From a virus: DNA of 64,000 bases. Positions 48,666-58,003 of the stretch are shown piece after piece. The notes beneath the pieces were generated by a model. It worked only from the letters and a program-made list of their open reading frames with translations, was not told the DNA's origin and did not search any database. The DNA lies in the IMG/VR virus record IMGVR_UViG_2799112330_000001, positions 25,242-89,241 of that record. One strand, given 5' to 3'. The stretch's first letter is position 1, and every line of letters begins with the position of its first letter. A program made the translations under genes and the position numbers.

Positions 48666-48980
48666 TTAAGAATGAGTTTTTCTATATTCAATAGCAGCTT
48701 TCATATCTTTTTTACTCCATCTAAGTTCTTTAAATCCAAGTTCTTTATAACCAGGAGGTATAAGACCCATAGAAAGATAAGTATTGAAACATGATTCGCT
48801 ACAATGTAAAACATAATCACATAAATATCTTTTACTATATCTTCTTGTACCATGATTAATTTTATTAATTGCTTCTAACGCTTCATTTAATTCTTCTTCA
48901 TTTTCAGTAGTATCTCCTGAATCAATATGATTAATCATTTCTACAAGAGCTTGCCTTATCAATTTTAATACGGGTTTCAT
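48666..48980 (-). CDS. small protein with possible MerR/excisionase-type HTH
   Basis: The C-terminal ...LGFKELRWSKKDMKAAIEYRK resembles the wing end of AlpA/Xis-type HTH proteins. The match is weak. Confidence 0.3.
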   Translation of the reverse strand: MKPVLKLIRQALVEMINHIDSGDTTENEEELNEALEAINKINHGTRRYSKRYLCDYVLHCSESCFNTYLSMGLIPPGYKELGFKELRWSKKDMKAAIEYRKTHS

Positions 48981-49363
48981 GTTTAATATCTTTTATATGT
49001 GAATAAGTTGCAGCAATTATAGATATGCATCCTATTGTACAGTAAAATAATAATATAAAAATATCATCTGCAGGAAGAAAATAAATAGAATCTAAAATAA
49101 CTACAAAAAGATTTATTAAATTACCAGTTATTAAATATCTGTGCCATTTACAATATCCTAATTTAATACTTAACAAATACATTAACATTATGAACAATAA
49201 TGAATTTCCTGTAGTGAAATCAAACAAATATAACACTTTGTTATCTATATCTAAATATGATAAAATATTATTTAATATCATTATCAGCATTTGTACAATA
49301 GGAATATACTTTATTAATATAAGTAATAATTTACTTATTAGAAGATTTTCCTCCTTCTTCATA
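48931..49363 (-). CDS. multi-pass membrane protein (about 4 TM)
   Basis: The track ORF runs to 49473, but hydrophobic sequence begins after the internal ATG at 49363 (MKKEENLLISKLLLILIKYIPIVQMLIMIL...). Several hydrophobic segments suggest about 4 TM helices. It overlaps the next gene by 50 nt. Confidence 0.5.
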
Positions 49364-49435
49364 ACGAGTTCTTTTAGCTGTTGAGTTTGCAGACTTTTTA
49401 CTGGCAACACCCATTCCACGACTACCTTTTGACAT
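49331..49435 (-). CDS. possible 34-aa basic peptide (MSKGSRGMGVASKKSANSTAKRTRYEEGGKSSNK)
   Basis: The track ORF 49331..49528 begins upstream of the -7 box at 49506-49513. Only the part from ATG 49435 can lie in a transcript from that promoter. Whether it is coding is uncertain. Confidence 0.25.
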   Translation of the reverse strand: MSKGSRGMGVASKKSANSTAKRTRYEEGGKSSNK

Positions 49436-49505
49436 AATTGTTTTATATTTAAATTGTTTAACATTATGAACATCTAAATCATTATTTAGAGTTCTATTAT
49501 CGCTA

Positions 49506-49537
49506 CAAAGATAATAAATATTTTTCAAATATGCAAA
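49506..49537 (-). promoter_or_regulatory. Bacteroidota-type promoter (TTTG-N20-TATCTTTG)
   Basis: The - strand reads TTTG (49537-49534), then 20 nt, then TATCTTTG (49513-49506). Confidence 0.6.
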
Positions 49538-49628
49538 TTTATTTGCAGAAAAATTTTATTTTTGTTTTAAGACACTAAAATTTTATTGTTGATGATTTAT
49601 ATTACTTTGGTATTTTAATTTAATTAAA

Positions 49629-49642
49629 AGCTAATTTTAGCT
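49629..49642. repeat. intergenic AGCTA-N4-TAGCT box (AGCTAATTTTAGCT)
   Basis: Located between the terminator (49664-49698) and the promoter (49506-49537). It is embedded in a longer AT palindrome, TTTTAATTT...AAATTAAAA. Confidence 0.7.
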
Positions 49643-49663
49643 ATTAAAATTAAAATTTATAAC

Positions 49664-49698
49664 CAAAAATAACTGCCGACTAATTATAATCGACAGTT
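49664..49698 (-). terminator. rho-independent terminator
   Basis: The - strand has stem AACTGTCGA / TCGGCAGTT (one mismatch) followed by ATTTTTGG. Confidence 0.55.
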
Positions 49699-49716
49699 AT
49701 TATCAATTTCATTATA

Positions 49717-52176
49717 TTAAATAGTAACAACTCCATCAATACAAATAACTTGACTTACTTGAGTATTTGCGAATATATCACTTCCTAATGTTATATTATT
49801 CCAATTATCCATTGTACTATTGTATTTTACAATTTTTAAATTAACACATTCTGCAAAAGCATAATCTCCAATTTCAATAATATATTTTTGTATAACTATT
49901 TCTTTTAATCTTGTTCCTTTAAAAGAATTATTTCCTATTCTATAAAAATCTTCATATTCTGGTAATTCAATTTCAATTAAAGAAGTTATATCTGCAAAAG
50001 CGTCGTCTTCTATTTCAGTTAAATTATTATTAAATACAAGAATTCCTTTTTCATTATAAGTTAGTGCTGTATATTGTTCTTGCATAGAAGGATAAATAAT
50101 ATTTTCATCAGAAGATTTATATCTTATTTCATTATTTTTAACAGGTTCTAAAATTCTAATTTTCCATTGTAAAGAGCTAATTACTTCTTGCAAAGTTTGC
50201 AAACCACTTGGTGCACCTGTTTCACCCTTAATGTGGATTCCGTCGTAGTTACCAACACCAAGCAAATAAACTTGTCCTGATTGCATTATTTCGAATGCGT
50301 TCTTTCTTGCATTGTCAGCAGTACCGATACCTGTAGAATGAACCGTATTTCCTGCATTACCATCGAAACTATCAGTTGCGTGGTGCGAAACATTATAAGA
50401 ACCTTGTGCGTGTTCTCCATTACATAATGTTTTTGTTGCCCTACCTTCAGCGTGTGAATTATCACCTTTTGCAAATGTCAGCCTGCCTTCTGCGTGGGAA
50501 GCAACACCATAAGCAATTGTTGCCAATCCTTCAGAGTGTGCATAATCACCTACTGATGCTGTTCTACTGTCAGCCGCTTTTGGATTAGTTGTTGCAGAAG
50601 CATAATTACCACCTGTTTCTGAATCATTACCCTCAGCGTGTGAAGCATATCCATTAGTAACTGTTAGTCGTCCTTCTGTATGTGAATTTACTCCTATAGC
50701 ATTAGTATTAAAACCTTCTGCGTGTGATTGAATACCTGTTGCAAAACAAGTAGTACCCTCAGCATGTGAAGCGCGTCCTACAGCATTAGTATTGATACCT
50801 TCTGCGTGTGCCATAATACCTGTAGCAACAGAAGGTGCACGAGTTGCACCACTATCATCTATATATCTGTCTCCTTCAGAAAAAGCACCACTTGATGTGT
50901 TAAATCTATAACCAACTGCTTTTATAGCATTGTTTGCGATATTAATATTATTTCCTGCTGAATAAGTTGTATCTGTTGCAGAAACTACACCATTTGCATC
51001 TATTGTTAAATTATTTCCAATTTTAATACCTCCTAATACAGAAGAATTAGCAGTAGGTAAAACATAATTACTTAATCCATCTAATTTAATTTTATCAGTA
51101 GAAGACATTAAACCTGCTGTAGTTTGAGTAGCATCGCTATAAGTTGTATCTGTAGCAGATATAGTACTACCATTTATAGTAATATTGTTACCAGCAATTA
51201 AAGTAGATTGTTTAGAACTTATTTCTGTTTCTATACCATTAACAATTGTTCCTATTTCTGATTTAGTATAATAATTAGACAAATCTATAGCAGTGTTTCC
51301 TATTAATTCCCAATTATTGTTAATATACATATATTCATTATAAATATTTGGAAAAGTTCCAGTAGGATTCGAAAGGAAATATATCGTATTTTGATCACCT
51401 GTTTCAGGTAATTCAGTTACAATTAAAACTGCAAAACCTGCACTTTGTACAGCAGATATAGTATTTCCTGTAATTATTATATTTGTACCAGCAATTAATT
51501 TATCTTGTTTTCCACTCCAAAGACTTTTTAAATTTGTACTATCTGATAAATCTTTAATATCAAAATCAGATCCTTCATAAGTTGTATCAATTGCAGATAT
51601 AACTCCATTTAATATTGTAATATTTTGACCAGCATTATAAGTTGTATTTGTAGCACTTATTATATTACCTTCTCTTATTGTTATATTGTCTCCAGCAATT
51701 AAAATATCTTGTTTTGAATCAATTTCAGTATTTAAATAATTAAATCTTTCACTTATATAATTTTTATTATAATAATCTGATAAATCTGCAGATATAACAT
51801 TATTTTCTATTATAATATGATCTCCTGCAATATAACTTCCTCCACCTCCTTCAATTATAATATTTTTATTACTATCAAATATTTTTTCACCATTTATTGT
51901 AGCAAATGGAATATTTCTACCTTGAAATAAACTATTTCCATTTAATCTATTAAGTAAATTAACATTTACATTAATAGAATTATCTGGACCAAATACAACA
52001 GTATCGCTTTCTTTATAAGTTAAAGATGTTCCATTAAACAATTTATTTATAGCTTCAACTATAGGTTCAAATATATCATACCAAAATATATTTTCTGGTG
52101 GTATAGGATTAGCAACAAGGCGCCCTGTTTTAGGACGCCTATTGCCATAAATATTTATAGATTTTCTAGTTTTCAT
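49717..52176 (-). CDS. mosaic tail fibre: N-terminal ISAxDTTY repeats, YadA-head-like SHAEG repeats, C-terminal BspA-type leucine-rich repeats
   Basis: The repeats AHAEG/SHAEG/SHTEG/AHSEG occur at least 8 times (about nt 50370-50830, visibly GC-richer). Four or more xISAxDTTY units are present. The C-terminus reads IEDDAFADITSLIEIELP...IGNNSFKGTRLKEIVI...IEIGDYAFAECVNLKIVKY (LRR_5/BspA pattern). Confidence 0.7.
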   Translation of the reverse strand: MKTRKSINIYGNRRPKTGRLVANPIPPENIFWYDIFEPIVEAINKLFNGTSLTYKESDTVVFGPDNSINVNVNLLNRLNGNSLFQGRNIPFATINGEKIFDSNKNIIIEGGGGSYIAGDHIIIENNVISADLSDYYNKNYISERFNYLNTEIDSKQDILIAGDNITIREGNIISATNTTYNAGQNITILNGVISAIDTTYEGSDFDIKDLSDSTNLKSLWSGKQDKLIAGTNIIITGNTISAVQSAGFAVLIVTELPETGDQNTIYFLSNPTGTFPNIYNEYMYINNNWELIGNTAIDLSNYYTKSEIGTIVNGIETEISSKQSTLIAGNNITINGSTISATDTTYSDATQTTAGLMSSTDKIKLDGLSNYVLPTANSSVLGGIKIGNNLTIDANGVVSATDTTYSAGNNINIANNAIKAVGYRFNTSSGAFSEGDRYIDDSGATRAPSVATGIMAHAEGINTNAVGRASHAEGTTCFATGIQSHAEGFNTNAIGVNSHTEGRLTVTNGYASHAEGNDSETGGNYASATTNPKAADSRTASVGDYAHSEGLATIAYGVASHAEGRLTFAKGDNSHAEGRATKTLCNGEHAQGSYNVSHHATDSFDGNAGNTVHSTGIGTADNARKNAFEIMQSGQVYLLGVGNYDGIHIKGETGAPSGLQTLQEVISSLQWKIRILEPVKNNEIRYKSSDENIIYPSMQEQYTALTYNEKGILVFNNNLTEIEDDAFADITSLIEIELPEYEDFYRIGNNSFKGTRLKEIVIQKYIIEIGDYAFAECVNLKIVKYNSTMDNWNNITLGSDIFANTQVSQVICIDGVVTI

Positions 52177-52185
52177 AATTCTATT

Positions 52186-52512
52186 TTATTTTAATGTTTC
52201 ATCAAATTCTTTATATCCTATTTTAAACTTTTTCAAAATAGGTCTTAAAACCCAACTATAAAATACAGGTGCCGCAATTGCAGAATTTAATAAAATTTTA
52301 TAATCTTCATAACCAATTAATATATAAACTAATGTTATAACAATAATACAACAAACTAATACAATTCTTTTAACTAATGTAGAAACATTTTTATCTTTAT
52401 TCAAATAGTCAATTAATTTAATTACACCATAAGTTAAAATATTAACTATTAACATATATGCAAAATCAAAATTTGCAATAATGTTATCTATTACACCTTG
52501 AACGTATTCCAT
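52186..52512 (-). CDS. small membrane protein (about 3 TM; holin-like or flippase-like)
   Basis: 108-aa ORF with hydrophobic segments FAYMLIVNILTYGVIKLI, IVLVCCIIVITLVYILIG and AIAAPVFYSWVL, and a charged C-terminus. Confidence 0.5.
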   Translation of the reverse strand: MEYVQGVIDNIIANFDFAYMLIVNILTYGVIKLIDYLNKDKNVSTLVKRIVLVCCIIVITLVYILIGYEDYKILLNSAIAAPVFYSWVLRPILKKFKIGYKEFDETLK

Positions 52513-52544
52513 AATTATTTTCTCATAATATTATATTTTTTTTA

Positions 52545-53159
52545 TTAAAAAACTTTATTTCCAATATGACCACATCTAAAACGTGTATCGACAAAAGTTT
52601 TATATCCCAATGCTTCAGCACGTTTACAAAAAAGAATATCTTCTGAACATATTTTATCTTTTTGCCAAACATAATCAAAACATAATTTATCTTGCTCACT
52701 TTCTAACATTTTTTTAAATACATCAATTTTAACTAAAGTACAACCAAATCCACACGCTTTAACAATATATAATCCGTTAACTTTAGGTAAATCTTTTTCT
52801 AATATATTTGGAATTATTTCAGAATTTGGATCTTGAGGATTTGTTCCAAATAATTCACAAATATTTTGTCCCTCAACTTTTTTAATATAATATCCAGTAA
52901 CAATATCTTTATCGTCTTCAATAAGACATTTAAGAATGTCTTTATATAAAATAATATCAGAATCTATCCAAAAGATGTAATCACATTGTTGTTCTAATGC
53001 TTTTTGCACAAGAATATTTCTTGCTTGATGAACAGCATAGCCTTGAACTATTTCTAATACAGCCTGATAACCATCAGGTATAGAAAGATTGTATATAGTT
53101 TTAAATGTTTCAGTTTCGATAAATCGACTTGTCGGAACTGCTAAAAGAATCTTTTTCAT
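52545..53159 (-). CDS. GT-A fold (family 2-like) glycosyltransferase
   Basis: MKKILLAVPTSRF...HQARNILVQKAL...CDYIFWIDSDIIL...DIVTGYY gives the pattern VPT.R, ARN and DxD (DSD) typical of GT2-like enzymes. Confidence 0.6.
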   Translation of the reverse strand: MKKILLAVPTSRFIETETFKTIYNLSIPDGYQAVLEIVQGYAVHQARNILVQKALEQQCDYIFWIDSDIILYKDILKCLIEDDKDIVTGYYIKKVEGQNICELFGTNPQDPNSEIIPNILEKDLPKVNGLYIVKACGFGCTLVKIDVFKKMLESEQDKLCFDYVWQKDKICSEDILFCKRAEALGYKTFVDTRFRCGHIGNKVF

Positions 53160-53183
53160 AATTATTTATTTTTGATTGTTAAT

Positions 53184-54734
53184 TTATAATATTTCATGGA
53201 ATGAGCCGTCATTAAAATCAAATTTCCAGTCTTTATTATTATTACTAAGTATTATACCTCCAGATGAAATATCTAAATAATATGGGTCATTTTCTATATG
53301 AATTTTTCCTGTTGAATTTTGGTCAGTAGTTGCAATAGTAATCTTATTGCTAGCTTGTATATTAATTTTTGAATCTCTATCGTCATTAAATATTTTTAAA
53401 ATATCATTATCTTTTTTAATATAAGTATAATCAGAATATAATAAATTAATATTACTTCCACTTAAATTAATATAACTTCCGCTTAAATTAATTTCATTTG
53501 CACTTTTTATTTCTATAATGTCTTCATCACCGTTTATCACAATTGAATTATTATTATTTGAATTACATATTCTTATAGATTCTACATCATTATCTGAACC
53601 TTTAATGGTAACAGTTGTTCCAGAAAGTGTAATATCTTCCACATTAACATTAAGTTCATCATTACCCGATATATTAATAGTGTTACCACTTATATTAACA
53701 TTACTGCCAAATAATAATAAACTACCTGCGCCATTAGTACCAAAATATATATTACTACCACCATAAAGAAATAAATCGCCAGATGTTATACCTATATAAT
53801 TAGTACCACAATTAATAGTAACATCACCTACATGAGCTATAGGTCCAACAGTAGATCCTGATATATGTGTACTACGTAATTCTATACTACCACCAAGACT
53901 TATAGTACCACTAAAGTTTATACTGCCGCTACTATCAATATACATAACATTTCCGCTTATAGCTAATCCATTACTTCCAGATAATACAGGATACGAATTA
54001 TTAATTTTTACATTTCCTTTTATGTTTACACTATCGTCGTTAAATACAATTCCTTGATTTTTATTACTTTTTCCTATATAAAAATCTGCGCCAGTTATAC
54101 TTTCTATTGAACCTGTAGTTGTATTAGCAAATCTTATTAAATTTCCACTACTTGCTATTAAACTACCTAAAGGATTTTTTAAACTTACAGTAGTTATATA
54201 ATTTGAAGTAGATTGTGTAAAATAATCACTATTAAAATCATAATTATTGTTTATTATAATACTGCCGCTAGCATTAATTCCACCATATTTTTCATATCTT
54301 TGTTCTTCAACCAACCAAAAATATTCATCATATTTATTATCACCTGAAGCAATTCCATTAGATACAAGATAACGAATATTTTCTTCTCCAACTAATGGTA
54401 ATTCTTCAACTATCCTAAATTGAATATTTTTAATTAAATCTAATCTTTCATTTATAGTATCAATTTCATTAAATATACTTATTATTTCTTCTTCATCGTA
54501 TTTTTTTACAAGACCTTCGTCAGCAATTGTTTCTTGCCACCAATATTCTTTAACTATACCTTGAGCAGTTTCAATACAAATAGTTAAACCTATACTACGT
54601 TGAGTAATAGGTATTTTAAGACACGCCTCTTCTAAATTTCTATAAATGCCATATTTTTCATCTATAGAAACAGCAGGAGTGCGATTTTCATTTAATGCCT
54701 CATTTCTTAATCTAAAACCTATACTTTTACTCAT
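53184..54734 (-). CDS. tail fibre/spike with beta-helix-type repeats
   Basis: Repetitive G-S/N-x-I-x-(L/I)-S-G units (NISGNTINISGND, INLSGSYINLSGSNINL, TLSGTTVTIKGSD) follow a distinct N-terminal domain. Confidence 0.6.
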   Translation of the reverse strand: MSKSIGFRLRNEALNENRTPAVSIDEKYGIYRNLEEACLKIPITQRSIGLTICIETAQGIVKEYWWQETIADEGLVKKYDEEEIISIFNEIDTINERLDLIKNIQFRIVEELPLVGEENIRYLVSNGIASGDNKYDEYFWLVEEQRYEKYGGINASGSIIINNNYDFNSDYFTQSTSNYITTVSLKNPLGSLIASSGNLIRFANTTTGSIESITGADFYIGKSNKNQGIVFNDDSVNIKGNVKINNSYPVLSGSNGLAISGNVMYIDSSGSINFSGTISLGGSIELRSTHISGSTVGPIAHVGDVTINCGTNYIGITSGDLFLYGGSNIYFGTNGAGSLLLFGSNVNISGNTINISGNDELNVNVEDITLSGTTVTIKGSDNDVESIRICNSNNNNSIVINGDEDIIEIKSANEINLSGSYINLSGSNINLLYSDYTYIKKDNDILKIFNDDRDSKINIQASNKITIATTDQNSTGKIHIENDPYYLDISSGGIILSNNNKDWKFDFNDGSFHEIL

Positions 54735-54736
54735 AA

Positions 54737-55447
54737 TTATTCAACTTTTTGTAATTGTATAAATAGTTTTTTAACATTTGTTTTGTCATTATTAAAATAT
54801 ATAAACATACCATCTTCATTATAAATTGGAGTTATTATCGATTCACCTAAAGGGGAATTATAATAAACTCTATTTACAGAATATCCTTCTGGACAATTTA
54901 TAATAAAAACATCGTCTGTTAAATCTGCATTAAATAGTAAATCATCATCGTCGTCTATATAAATATAATTTTTATTATCAATAGCAAAATAATAATTATA
55001 CATATTATCAGATAAATATTCACTAATAAATTCTATAAAATCATCTTGAGTATTAAGTTCTTCTTCTTGCATAATTTGTTCAAAAGACTCATAATCTTCT
55101 AAAACAAAAAATGAACAATTTCCAAACAATACTTTAGGAGGTTCTTCTTCAAAATCTAATGTAGAATAATAATCTAAATCAAAATCAGTATTATAATTTG
55201 TATTTAATCTATTTACAACATCTTGAATAAGTATTAATGCAGAACGTTGATTTATTTCTACAGAAGCACAGGCTACATTAAATTCAATCCAACAAGCTAA
55301 AAGTTTTTTTCCTTTACCTGAACAAGCAGATGTACAATCTTCCATTATACTTATTCCTTGTTTAGTCATAAGTCTTAATAAAGTATTATAAACCGCTTTC
55401 CATTTAAAAGGCACTTTTAACATATAAAATCCATTTTGTTGTGTCAT
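54737..55447 (-). CDS. hypothetical protein
   Basis: 236-aa acidic ORF containing a weak palindrome-family copy at 54844-54856. Confidence 0.55.
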   Translation of the reverse strand: MTQQNGFYMLKVPFKWKAVYNTLLRLMTKQGISIMEDCTSACSGKGKKLLACWIEFNVACASVEINQRSALILIQDVVNRLNTNYNTDFDLDYYSTLDFEEEPPKVLFGNCSFFVLEDYESFEQIMQEEELNTQDDFIEFISEYLSDNMYNYYFAIDNKNYIYIDDDDDLLFNADLTDDVFIINCPEGYSVNRVYYNSPLGESIITPIYNEDGMFIYFNNDKTNVKKLFIQLQKVE

Positions 55448-55454
55448 AACTATG

Positions 55455-55667
55455 TTATATTAAATAATTATATAAATTTTCTATACTCTCTTTTGTTTCA
55501 TTTTCAGTACTTAATAAATCATAAACATCTTTCATTTTATAATTTATCCATAATATAAAATTTTTACAAATATTATCAGTTTTATTAACAATGCCTAAAT
55601 TAGACATATTATTATTACTTATAACAGACTCTGTATATAAGTCTAGCAATTTATCAAAATTAATCAT
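55455..55667 (-). CDS. hypothetical small protein
   Basis: 70-aa ORF with an ATGA overlap to the upstream gene. Confidence 0.45.
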   Translation of the reverse strand: MINFDKLLDLYTESVISNNNMSNLGIVNKTDNICKNFILWINYKMKDVYDLLSTENETKESIENLYNYLI

Positions 55668-56230
55668 TTTAAAGCTTTATTTTGCATATAACTAATATAT
55701 GTTTGAAATCTTATTGTAATTTTATTAATATATCCCATCATTTTATCTTCACGACTAAGACTTGGATTATAAATAGAATCTATTAAATCAGTTTCAATTT
55801 CTTTTAACCAATGAGCATCAATGTAATCTGAAATTCTACCATTATTAATAGAATATAGAGAAAGAGTTTGAAAAACTGTATAATATGCAGAATTTGCAGC
55901 ATTGTGAATATTAGCAAGAACACTATCTTTATTAGTATCAAGATGATTACTAATTAAAGTTCTTTGCATAAAATTTATAAGATTAAAAGCTGCATTATTG
56001 AAAGAATTGTCTATTATAATTTTACACTTTTCTCTATTTTCAGCTTCTCTCTTATTGTATATTTCATTCACGACTGTTTGAATATCTGTTATTGCTTCTA
56101 CTGTTTCTGTACTAATTTTAGTTTGATATTTTTCTTTTCTAACTCTTATAATTTCTATTATAATAAGATATAAAGCAATTACTATAGCAGGAGCTATTCC
56201 TTGCTCTAAAGCATTTAATAACAATTCCAT
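55664..56230 (-). CDS. hypothetical protein with N-terminal TM helix
   Basis: 188-aa ORF. GIAPAIVIALYLIIIEIIRV is near the N-terminus. Confidence 0.55.
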   Translation of the reverse strand: MELLLNALEQGIAPAIVIALYLIIIEIIRVRKEKYQTKISTETVEAITDIQTVVNEIYNKREAENREKCKIIIDNSFNNAAFNLINFMQRTLISNHLDTNKDSVLANIHNAANSAYYTVFQTLSLYSINNGRISDYIDAHWLKEIETDLIDSIYNPSLSREDKMMGYINKITIRFQTYISYMQNKALK

Positions 56231-56251
56231 AATAAAATAATAAAGAGGAGA

Positions 56252-56277
56252 TTATTGATAACGTTAATTATCAATAA
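56252..56277. repeat. 10-bp-stem hairpin TTATTGATAA-N6-TTATCAATAA in the 56231-56380 spacer
   Basis: Read directly. It lies just upstream of the 56230 start. Confidence 0.5.
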
Positions 56278-56345
56278 CCCCCTCTACTATTTAAATTATA
56301 CACTAATATTATTCTATTTGTACAATATCAGATTTGTATCTGTTA

Positions 56346-56357
56346 CCCTGTAGAGGG
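56346..56357. repeat. GC-rich palindrome family copy, intergenic (CCCTGTAGAGGG, exact)
   Basis: It lies 24 nt downstream of the stop of 56381..57310. It is flanked by ATTTGT / ACAAAT, which could extend the stem. A half-site CCCCCTCTAC is at 56278-56287. Confidence 0.8.
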
Positions 56358-56380
56358 ATTGAACAAATATCATTTTATTA

Positions 56381-57310
56381 TTAGCTTGCTACAACAAATC
56401 CTTTACCTTCTGCACCTGCTGCTACAAGACCTTGATACATACTATTGATAAGACCTGTACCAGTACCTGTTCCATGAGGCATTACAATAGTAACTTGCTG
56501 ATGTACTGTTTCTTCATGAGTTTTAAAGTCACGAGGTTCACCACAGTTAATAACAAGCATATCGAAAGAACCTGTAAGAGCTCCACCATTAGGATTAAAT
56601 GGATATTCAGGATAAATCAAATCTGCACCATCTTGATAAGTGTATTCGAAACCTGCATCGGCAGCAGCTTTAGAAGCTAACTCTGCAATTTTCTTTGCAT
56701 CTAATCCTCTACAATCTTTAGCGGGAGTAGTTACGGCTACAGTTGCCGTTTCCAATAAATCTGTTGCTTGAATTGTATAATCTGCAGTAGGCTCAGAAGC
56801 TGTAAGTGTGATTACATTACCAGCAACAGTAGCTGTAAGACCATGAGAATTTTTATTTGCATTAACACCTTTTGCAATAAGTGCAGCAACTTGAGCGTTG
56901 GTCATAGCTTTAGTAACATGATCGCTTACTGTCCAACTTGCACGTTCATTGAATTGAACACCTTTCTTTGTAATCAGCAAAGTAACATCACCGACTTCAT
57001 CGATTGCAGAACAAGTTACAGTAGCAACAAATGTAGTTCCAGGATTATATTCTACACCAGCTACTTTACATTCATTCATATGTAAAGGAAGAACTACAGG
57101 ACCACCATCTTCTTTAGGACGACCAAGAATTACATCAAACTTACCTTTACAGCCACTAGTCAAAGCTACTCGATTACCAGAGCCATTTAAATAAGAAAAA
57201 GTAAGTTTACCTTTAACCCCCAAATCGTTTATAGAACCACTAGTAGCACCACTAAAAGTAAATGCACCACTAGAAATACCTAATGAGGTACCATATAACA
57301 TTTGATACAT
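56381..57310 (-). CDS. abundant virion protein (capsid decoration/head-fibre class candidate)
   Basis: 309-aa Gly/Thr/Ala/Val-rich, beta-rich ORF with elevated GC and biased codons, in the capsid operon. Function is inferred from context. Confidence 0.4.
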   Translation of the reverse strand: MYQMLYGTSLGISSGAFTFSGATSGSINDLGVKGKLTFSYLNGSGNRVALTSGCKGKFDVILGRPKEDGGPVVLPLHMNECKVAGVEYNPGTTFVATVTCSAIDEVGDVTLLITKKGVQFNERASWTVSDHVTKAMTNAQVAALIAKGVNANKNSHGLTATVAGNVITLTASEPTADYTIQATDLLETATVAVTTPAKDCRGLDAKKIAELASKAAADAGFEYTYQDGADLIYPEYPFNPNGGALTGSFDMLVINCGEPRDFKTHEETVHQQVTIVMPHGTGTGTGLINSMYQGLVAAGAEGKGFVVAS

Positions 57311-57325
57311 AATATTATAATTTTA

Positions 57326-57991
57326 TTATTGTTTAACTTGATGTGTAGTAGCACCTACACTTTCAAAGAACTTTCGAACAGCTCGTTCGACTATTTCTTT
57401 ATGCACATATACAGGAAGATCACAATCTACATTATCGTCAAGTTTTACAACTTTAGGATTATTGATAGCATGAACAAATATTTGATACGGCTTATTTCCA
57501 TCAGTGTAAATATGAAACTCAGCTTTAATTGTTGTATCACTATCTATAAGACAGCATGGTTCAAATTTAGTAGGTTTATTACAATAATCATTGAGTATGT
57601 AAGCTAATTTAGCAGGCTCAATTATTCTGCAAGGATACCTATTACCATCAGACTCATAGTTAATATCAGCACCAATAAATGCAAGAATTTCTTTTCCACC
57701 TCTTTCCATAGACATAATATAACATCCATTCACAGGTCTTTGCTGTACAACTTTTGGAATTTCAGTATAAAGAGTTCTAAGAGCATTATACGGAACAATA
57801 GCATTATCTCTCAAAGAACGTTTATCAGCATATTGAGTACTACCATTTGCTGCTAAAGTTTCTCTACAGAAATCAATAATTGCTGCATTTAGATAGTCAT
57901 CAATTTCTTCTGGAAGTATAGCACGATTATGTTGCATACCTTTTTGCTGACCCAATGTACGAAACAAAGTGTGCATTTCAGAAATAGTCAT
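57326..57991 (-). CDS. hypothetical head-associated protein (head-tail connector class candidate)
   Basis: 221-aa ORF in the capsid operon. The N-terminal helix ...ILPEEIDDYLNAAIIDFCRETL resembles connector/adaptor N-termini. The match is weak. Confidence 0.3.
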   Translation of the reverse strand: MTISEMHTLFRTLGQQKGMQHNRAILPEEIDDYLNAAIIDFCRETLAANGSTQYADKRSLRDNAIVPYNALRTLYTEIPKVVQQRPVNGCYIMSMERGGKEILAFIGADINYESDGNRYPCRIIEPAKLAYILNDYCNKPTKFEPCCLIDSDTTIKAEFHIYTDGNKPYQIFVHAINNPKVVKLDDNVDCDLPVYVHKEIVERAVRKFFESVGATTHQVKQ

Positions 57992-58003
57992 AACGAGATA
58001 TTT

